A stretch of DNA of 63,667 bases, counting the filler. It is 11 parts of 11 records of this genome, joined end to end, with 100 filler letters (N's around TTAATTAATTAA, not from the genome) between each part and the next. Parts side by side here need not be neighbours in the genome. Positions count along the whole stretch, not along the records: positions 56,408 to 63,667 come from SRR7504441_7830; 10 more parts are not named here. One strand, written 5' to 3'. Shown here in pieces: positions 56,408 to 63,667 of the stretch. The notes under the pieces were generated by a model. That model was given only the letters and a program-made list of their open reading frames with translations, was not told the origin of the DNA and did no database searches. Each line of letters starts with the position of its first letter. The stretch's first letter is position 1. Made by a program: the position numbers and the translations under genes.

Positions 56408-58418
56408 TTGCAATGTCGTCGAAGGTACCGCGAGTGGTGGTCTTCCGCGCGAATTCCTTGAACTGCTTCCGAACAAACGCCCGGTTTAGTCGCCCTCTTG
56501 AAGGCGCGTTCAGTGCAGCAATCGCTGCAGCCCTCTGCTCCAGGACCGCGTTTATGTCGATTCCAGCGCGTTCAGCTGCTGGCTGATAGGTTGTCTCTGC
56601 AGACGGCTCCGGATGCGTAGGCCGAGGCACTGCAGTTTGGGTAGGCGGAGGCTGAGGCACTGGCGCTGACGGCCGTGCTATAGCCTCGGGAGCCTTGGCT
56701 AGTTCTGGAGCAGCCGGCTGCGGCGCTACAGACTCCGCGTGGTGCTTCCTCAGCAGACCCTCTCGAGCTGCCTTCTCCTGCGCGATGAGCACCTTCCTCT
56801 CTTTGGCCCAAGTCTTCTTCTGCATCTCCCAGCCCTGCTTTTCCTGCTCCCATCCCGCCTTGGCAGCTTCAAAGTCCGCAGAGCTTTGCCTGGCCCGCTC
56901 AGTCTGTTCAGCCAGCGAGGCTTTGAGCTGAGCGATCTGCTCGAGCAGCTCTGGCCTGTTCATCTCGCGCTCAATCATCTCCTGCTGATCGAGCACGCCG
57001 TCATTGTTGGTATCAAACTTCTCAAACTCGGACCGCGACCCGCCCGCCGCCAGGAACTCGTCCATGTCGATCACTCCGTCCTTGTTGGTGTCCATCCGGC
57101 TCAGCTGCTCCAGCCCGCGAGCCTCGGCTTCCTCCCTACCGAACTGCCTGCCCTCCTCGTACGCATTCTGTTGTGACTCGCGCCATCGGTCCGCAACGGT
57201 CAATTCCAACTCCCTGGCATGCGCGTCCTTGAGCGCAATAATCTCGTCTGCCACTGCTCGCTCCTTCTTCTGCATGGCTTGCCGAGCCTCATCCTCAGCG
57301 CTTGCTAGGGCTATTGCTAATTCCGAGGCGTGTGCCTCCCTTGCAGCTTCGAGCTCAGCCAATAACTCCTGCTCTGTCGCCCGGCCTCGCTCCTCCTGCG
57401 CCGTCGCCTCCTGTGTCGCCCGGGCAAGCTTGTCGTTGGCGTTGCTCAGCAGCTCAGCCTGCTCGGCGGCCTCAGCGCTGGCGGCCTCAGCTGCAGCCAG
57501 CAGCGCTTCAGCGTGAGCTTGCGCAGCCCGCGCGCTCTCCGCTTGCCAGTTAGCCTGCTCCTGCTTCAGCTCGGCCGCCCAGCGCTCCCTCTCTCCTGCA
57601 CTGGCCTCGCTAGGGGCTGACCGTGCCGCCTGCAGCTCTGCTCGGAGCGCATCAATCTTGGCATCAGCCTCCGCCGAGGCTGCCGTCCGGGCAAACTGAG
57701 TGGCCTGCTCAAGCGCAATCGCGAAGGCCTTGTGGTCGGCCTTGGGCTGCGGCGAGCCGGGGGGCGATTTGACTGCCATCTGCTCCATAAGCCCCGACAT
57801 TTCCTTGCTGAGCGCCTCCTTCTCGGCCATGCTCGCACGCAGCTCGCCCTCCAGCCTCCACACCTGCTCTTGCAGCCTGTCGCTCTCGCTGACCGGCGGG
57901 TCCAGCTTCTCCTTCTGCTGCAAGCTGATCATCAGCTCGCAGTAGCGCTGGCGCTCCTCCTCGATCAGTTGGTCGTGGCTCCGCTTCTGCAGATCCAACT
58001 GGCTGGTGAGCTGCTCGACCTGCGCCGTCTTGGTCTTGAGCTCCTCCTCCGCCGCCTCGAGCTCCTTGGCCTCCCGGGCACTGGTCACGTGCGCCTGAGT
58101 CCAAGCCTCGATCACGGTCTGTTGCCGCTGAATCTCTTCGCTCCTCGCCTGCAGCTCTCGCTTAGCATCGGCCGCCGCCTCCTCCAGCGATTCATTCTCT
58201 CGGTGCGCCGCCCGCAGCTTGGTCCGCTCCTTGGACAGGAGCGCCTGCAGCTCGGCCAGCGAGCCGAACGAGCCGTTTTGGTCGGTCCGGCGCTTTAGTC
58301 GGTCAATCTCGGCGGTCTGTGAGCGGATCCGGTCCCACGAGCGGGCCACCTCCTCCCGGAGGAGCAGCAGCTCGTCCCGCCCCTGGAGCTCCGACGGCAG
58401 CACCCTCAGCCCCGCCAT
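56408..58418 (-). CDS. Coiled-coil protein with an internal EF-hand pair (3'-partial)
   Basis: Long E/A/Q-rich frame; EF loops DTNKDGVIDMDE and DTNNDGVLDQQE. Confidence 0.8.
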
Positions 58419-58562
58419 GCTTTCTACTGAGCGATCCCTCCCCGACAAAGCAACAAAGCCTCACAGCAATTGGTGCTCCATCAATTCGGAATCAATTTCC
58501 GTTGCAAATTTGTGAGCAAGCAAGGACGCAGGGGGCTGTGTGAGTAGGGGCCAGCGGCAGGG

Positions 58563-59286
58563 ATGGGAGACCCGGCGGTAACGCGCACCTTGAGCCATGA
58601 TCTGACTCCGGCTCCAGATCCTCCTCAAGATCGAGCAGGAGCGCTGCTTCAAGATCCAAGACAAGGACGGCGACGGCGGGCTCGACCCGCAGGAGATGGC
58701 CACCTTCCTCCGGGCGCTCGGGCTGAGCCCAGACAACGCCACGGTGCCTGCTTGCCCGCCACCCCAGCGAGCCCAGCGCGTGCAGATCAAGTCGTTCGGG
58801 CCCAAGCTGAGCCTGGACGACGCGATCAAAAAGTACGAGGAGCTAGCGGCCAAGGAGGCCAAGCAGACCGAGGAGAGCCTGCTCGAGCTGTTCGAGGCCT
58901 GGGACCCCGGCCACCGGACTGGCGAGGTGCCATTCGACCCCGGGCGGGGCCCGAAGGCTGTGGGCAGGTCTCGTTCGGGGAGTTTGCGCGGGGACTGACC
59001 ATCTTTGGGAAGAGTGAAGGCGAAAACTTTTCGGATGACGAGGTGGCCCCCCTGCGGCTAGGCGGGGCTGGGCGGGGCTGGGCGAGGCTGGGTCCAATGT
59101 GCTGACTGGAGGGGGCAGATCACCAAACTTAAGATCACTCTCGGGATCCAAAGCGAGGACGCGCCACTCAAGTACAAGGAAGTGATCAAGCTGCTGCTAC
59201 AGACAAACCAGCCGCATCTGGTAGCCTCGCTCTCTGATGACCCCGAGCAGTGGCCGCGCTTCCCCAACTCGCACTATGAGCAATGA
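58563..59286 (+). CDS. Calmodulin / myosin-light-chain-like EF-hand protein (4 introns)
   Basis: CFKIQDKDGDGGLDPQEMATFLRALGLSP and LLELFEAWDPGHRTGEVSFGEF after splicing. Confidence 0.75.
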
Positions 59287-59695
59287 GGATCTGGGAAGAA
59301 CCCGCGATTGTTACAAACGATGTCACTTCTCTAAACCGATGCTCGTGCATGTCTGGCTCGGAGATTATCTCTATAATGCCATAGCAATGCTAGAGCTTGA
59401 GTGCGAACCGGACGGTATAGCCGGCTTGATTAAAATAGATTGTTCATCTCGAGTCATTCACGGGGCCGGGTTCACGGCAATCATTTAATAACGATGATAT
59501 TGATCATTGTCAGAGATCCTCGTCTCTTAATACGTGTTTCAGTGGATTCACCCAGCCGGCTCACTCATCATTGTGGACTCATTGCCGTGAATGCCGTCAC
59601 CTTCACCCCGAGAGTTGCCCTCATGCAGCGTCCGTTGGAGTACTGTAACGCCATACAACAGTAGGGGCTCCGAGACCCATAGGCGCTCTGCTACC

Positions 59696-62600
59696 ATGTG
59701 GTCGTGCTTCACCTGCTGTGGGGACGACGCGATGCTCAAGCGGCACCTGCGGGTGGCGTTCGAGAAGATCCGTGCCTACAACCGGGACGTGGTGGGCGAG
59801 CGGATGTTCGTTGACCGGATGGTGATCCACAAGCACCTCCCAGGCGGGAGCAAGGCCGCCGAGAGCTGCCGGCGCGAGATGGAGCACTGGGTGACCCCAG
59901 AGCTCGACGAGTCCGAGTTCGTCGAGCGGTTCGGGTTCAAAACCGCCCGGAACGCGTTCCAATTCGACGACGACTTCCAGCGGTGGGTGTGGACCCTGCC
60001 GGTCGGGTGCGAGGATGGCACCGTCCAGACGCTCGAGGACGCCGGGCGGCCGCCTGAGCCGGAGGCGGACACGGCGCACCTGCTGGAGCACATGGACGTG
60101 CTCCGGAAGATGCAGGAGGAGGACAAGAAGGAGAGGGATGCGCTCGAGCAACGGCAGCAGGAGCAGAAGCAAGAGTACGAGCGGCGGATAGGCGAGTACG
60201 AGAAGAAGATGGAGGAGCAACGGCTCGAGATGCAGCGGCTGGCCGAGGAGCGCAAGCGGTCGTGGGAGGGCGAGATGAAGGGGCTGCAGGCCGAGCTGGA
60301 GGAGACGCGCGCGCGAGAGACCGAGCTGGCTCAGACCCTGAATGAGAGTGAGATAGCGCACAACCAAGCCGAGTATAAGCTGACCGAGGCCGAGGCCCGG
60401 CGGCAGCAGCAGGAACAGGAGCTGGAGCAGGCGCGCGAGAAGGAGGAGGAGGCCGATAAGATGAAGGAGCTTGCCGCGCAGGATAACGCCGCGGCGGAGG
60501 CGGCGCAGAAGGCTCTTGAGACTCAAAACAGCGAGTTGCAGAAGCTGCAGCAGCAGCTCAAGCAGGAGCGGGAGAGCTGGGAGCAGCAGCTGGCCACAGT
60601 CCAACAGGAGCAGGACAACCTGCAGGCCCTGGCGGCCAAGCGGCGTGAGGAGGCTGCTGCGGCCCAGCTGGCGCTGGCACTCGAGAAGGAGCAGCACGGC
60701 AAGGAGATGCGACGGCAGGAGATGGAGCTGCGCCGACAGCAGGAGCGCGAGCTGAAGGACGCTGTGCAGGAGCAGGAGGAGCAGCTACGGCGACTGGAGC
60801 AGCAGGCTAAGCAGGCGGCGAGTGCGGAGCAACAGGCGGCTGAGAGGCTGATAGAACAGGACGAGGCGAGTAGGCAGGCGGGTGACCGGGCGGCCGAGAT
60901 GCGCGCCAAGGCGGCGATCTGGGAGGCTCAGTATCGGACGGAGGTGGCCAAGAGGAAGGAGCAGGAGGCGCTGCACACCCAGAATATTGAAAAGCACGCT
61001 GCGGCGATGGCTGCAGCCGAGGAGCGGCGCGCCGACCTGGAGCGCCGTGCGGAGGAGGCGAGGAAAGCCAAGGCAAAGGTAGAGAAGCAGCTGCAGAAGC
61101 AGCGGAAAGCAGAGAGGGAGCGCAGGTCTGAGGAGGCAAAGGAGGCCGAGGATGAGAACAAGCGGTTGGAGGCCGAGGCGAGGATGCTGCGGGCAATGGA
61201 TGGGGCAGACGGCGAGGATTCGAATCTCGGGATATACACCCGGGCCGACCGGGAGCGTACGGATCTGCACCACATGCCGCCGCAAGAGTTTGACAAACTC
61301 AAGTCAATCTACGATTCAATCGATGAGAACAGAAACGGCTCTGTTAGCTTTGTCGAGCTGATGGAACACTTTGAGAACGTCAGCAAGTGAGCAGGCTGTG
61401 AGCTGGGGCCCGTTACGATGGCTGGGTGGCAGGTATCGCGACTCGGACCTTCCACCGTCGTTCTCTGACGAAAAGGGGAACTTGCTCTTCAAGCGAATGG
61501 CAGGCGGGGTTCAGAGCACATTTTACGATAAGCAGAAGATCAAGTTGCTCAAGTCGCTCAATGTGGACGCGGATGGCGACGATAAGATCACCTTCCGCGA
61601 GTTCACATGGTGGTACTGTGCTGAGTATGACTTGTGGGTCCCGTCATACAAGGCGCGGCCCACAGAGGCGCTCCAGCCTTGACCGCTTGCTGCAGGTGTT
61701 CACAGATGAGACGCTTGTATGTGAAATTCTGTCCTGGTGCACCCAGTCAGACCAGCAGAATTCCCACCCATTGTACCCGTTCCGAACGCTCGGCCGCTGT
61801 GCGATGGTCAACCGACTGTTCAACAAGATTGCGAGCAGTGACAGCGCGTGGATGGGCATATACTGCAAGGCGTTTGGCGACTATGAGCAAGCAGCCAGGA
61901 GGGTGCGCAAGAGTGGAACCAGCTGGAAGGAGCAAGCCACACTCGTGCAGGCGCTCAAAACCAGTCTCAAGACAGCTTTCGAGCTCAAAGTGTGGACTCC
62001 TGAGCCGCTCTTCCAGGGCTGGCAAAACCAGGGTGGTGCCCGGATCGACAGCGGGACGGAGCAACTGCAGAGCGCTAATCAGATCGTGCTCAAGGCATTG
62101 CAGACAACCGACGGAGGATCGGCCATCTGGCGGACACATGACCAGGACACGCTCGGTGAGATCTGTGACACACAGAGCTTGCATACGGGCCAGATTGTTG
62201 GTGTGGTGCTCCTAGACAACCGGATTGTGGTGGCTTCGACCGATAGGGTGGCTGTGTGGGGAATCGACGGCAAAGTGATCAATAAGAGCCTATTCGAGGA
62301 CCAGGGCCCAACCTTCAGGAATGGCAAGAGGCTCATCTCTGACCCTGAGTACAGCTGCCTCTACTGCTGGCCACAGCGCCGTGACTACGTGATCAGTGGA
62401 GGCAGTCATGGGCAGGTGCTGGTCTGGAACATGGATAACGCCGATAACAAGCTGGCCCGTGTACTCTACTGCAGTGAGACGGCGCGAGAGGCCAGCAACG
62501 GGATTCTGGAACTTTGCGCCACTAGAGACGCTCTGAACCGTGATGTACTGGCTGCAATCTGTGGCAACGCTCAGACAGGCGTCGGAGAGAAGGTGGCCCT

Positions 62601-63515
62601 GGTTGGGAGTTGTAGCGTTGACTGCTGTTGCCAGGTGATTGTCTGGAAGTGCGTCGAGTTTAATGGAATGGAGGAGTTTGAGCGCACTGCTGCAAAGAAG
62701 CGTAAGAAAAAGAAGCACGGTGGCATGCCACGTGTGAGCTGTTGCAACTGAGGGCTGGCTTTCAGAGACTGGCACAATATCCGACGAGCGGATCACTTAC
62801 CGTAAGATGCACCACACAATGCAGGTCAGTGCAGCCCAGTAATCCGACATCAGAGACGTGCTGGGCAGGCTCCACAGCCGGAGTGTGTTTGCATGTACAA
62901 AGGACTTTTGATTGCTGGAGACACGAGTGGAAAAGTGAGACTTCAGCCTGAGATGTACTCATGCAGCTTGCTTGCAGGTGTTTGCAACGGAGCTCATGTC
63001 TGGCCGGCTCAAGTTTGTCTGCCAAGGTACTTGTGCTATGCTGGTGGTGGGTATCGGTTGGCAGGCGTGGAGGGAGCGGCTGTTAAATGCGTTTTGCCTG
63101 CTGGGGACCGGCTGTTCTGTGGCGGTGAGACAGAGCTCGTCTCTGTTTGGGATGTCAAGACCGGCCAGAAGCGTGACCAACTGGACGCCCAGTGTCAGCA
63201 TCAAGGCAGTCGCTACACGGTCAAGGGGATGGCAATCTGTGGCGGTGTGCTGTTCACGATTGCCAGCAATGACTGCACTGGAGTTTTGAAGGTGGCACGG
63301 GGCTTTTGTAGGCATGAGCCGGCAACCAGGTGTGGAGCTCCGACGATGGGGAGCAGCTGCAGGAAGTGCCGATTGAGGGCGACTTGGAGAAACTGGCTGT
63401 CAGCGAAAAGTATGTGTACGTTGCAGAGTATGAGGCAGTCTGGGCCTATGCGCTCCCTTCGCTTCAAAGCTTAAGCCCATAGATGATGTCCACTACAGTG
63501 GCATTGTTCAAGTAG
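59696..63515 (+). CDS. Coiled-coil + EF-hand + F-box + WD40-repeat protein (3' end 63482 or 63515)
   Basis: MWSCFTCC start; coiled coil; EF loops DENRNGSVSFVE and DADGDDKITFRE; a GC-AG intron (61653-61695) joins to F-box (FTDETLVCEILSW..LGRCAMVNRLFNKIASSDSAW); WD40 motifs (ISGGSHGQVLVWN, VSVWDVKTG, LKVWS). Confidence 0.72.
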
Positions 63516-63667
63516 GTTTGTACAGACAGATGAGTTAAACTTGGTTCTAGTGAAGATAATCAAGTTGTGCAAGTACTCAATTAGTTTACTTGGTTCTACT
63601 GGTACATAGGCTTTTCTCAGTAAATCGAAAATCGGAAAAGTGCTCCGCTCTCGTAACTTTATTATCG

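Noticed and set aside
58578-58583. GTAACG as another promoter motif
   Set aside because: It is the 5' splice site of the first intron of the EF-hand gene.
6260-63515. A clustered calcium-signalling locus (several EF-hand genes, SK-like channel, IQ myosin)
   Set aside because: Mostly on different contigs. Only the three EF-hand genes at 56408-63515 are truly adjacent, and EF-hands are common in protists.

Overview
Nuclear DNA from a GC-rich, gene-dense unicellular eukaryote (lineage not identifiable from this window). It is 11 unrelated contigs joined by ten artificial 100-nt linkers (N44-TTAATTAATTAA-N44), so adjacency across linkers means nothing. Most long alternative ORFs in the supplied track are shadows of spliced genes. 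Splicing by hand gives about 30 protein genes, including Aurora kinase, transaldolase, diphosphomevalonate decarboxylase, an ABCC/MRP transporter, PhoD, an SLC45/SUT-like MFS carrier, an RCC1-repeat protein, a Methyltransf_16-type methyltransferase, a PhyH dioxygenase and ankyrin proteins. The main signal is the splicing architecture. There are dozens of roughly 36-44 nt introns that are more GC-rich than the exons and lack a polypyrimidine tract. Many contain a single internal adenosine, and the likely branch A sits almost always 26-29 nt from the 5' splice site. GC-AG donors are frequent, and intron length and AT content rise toward gene 3' ends. Promoters are very short, often bidirectional, and repeatedly carry a Myb-like YAACGG motif. 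Unusual proteins include a BAG + HPD (J-like) fusion, a myosin with degenerate switch I/II, an SK-like channel lacking the GYG filter, a UvrD helicase-PD-(D/E)XK nuclease next to a PDZ-NADAR gene, and a coiled-coil/EF-hand/F-box/WD40 fusion. All calls are by-eye motif recognition; no database search was run.
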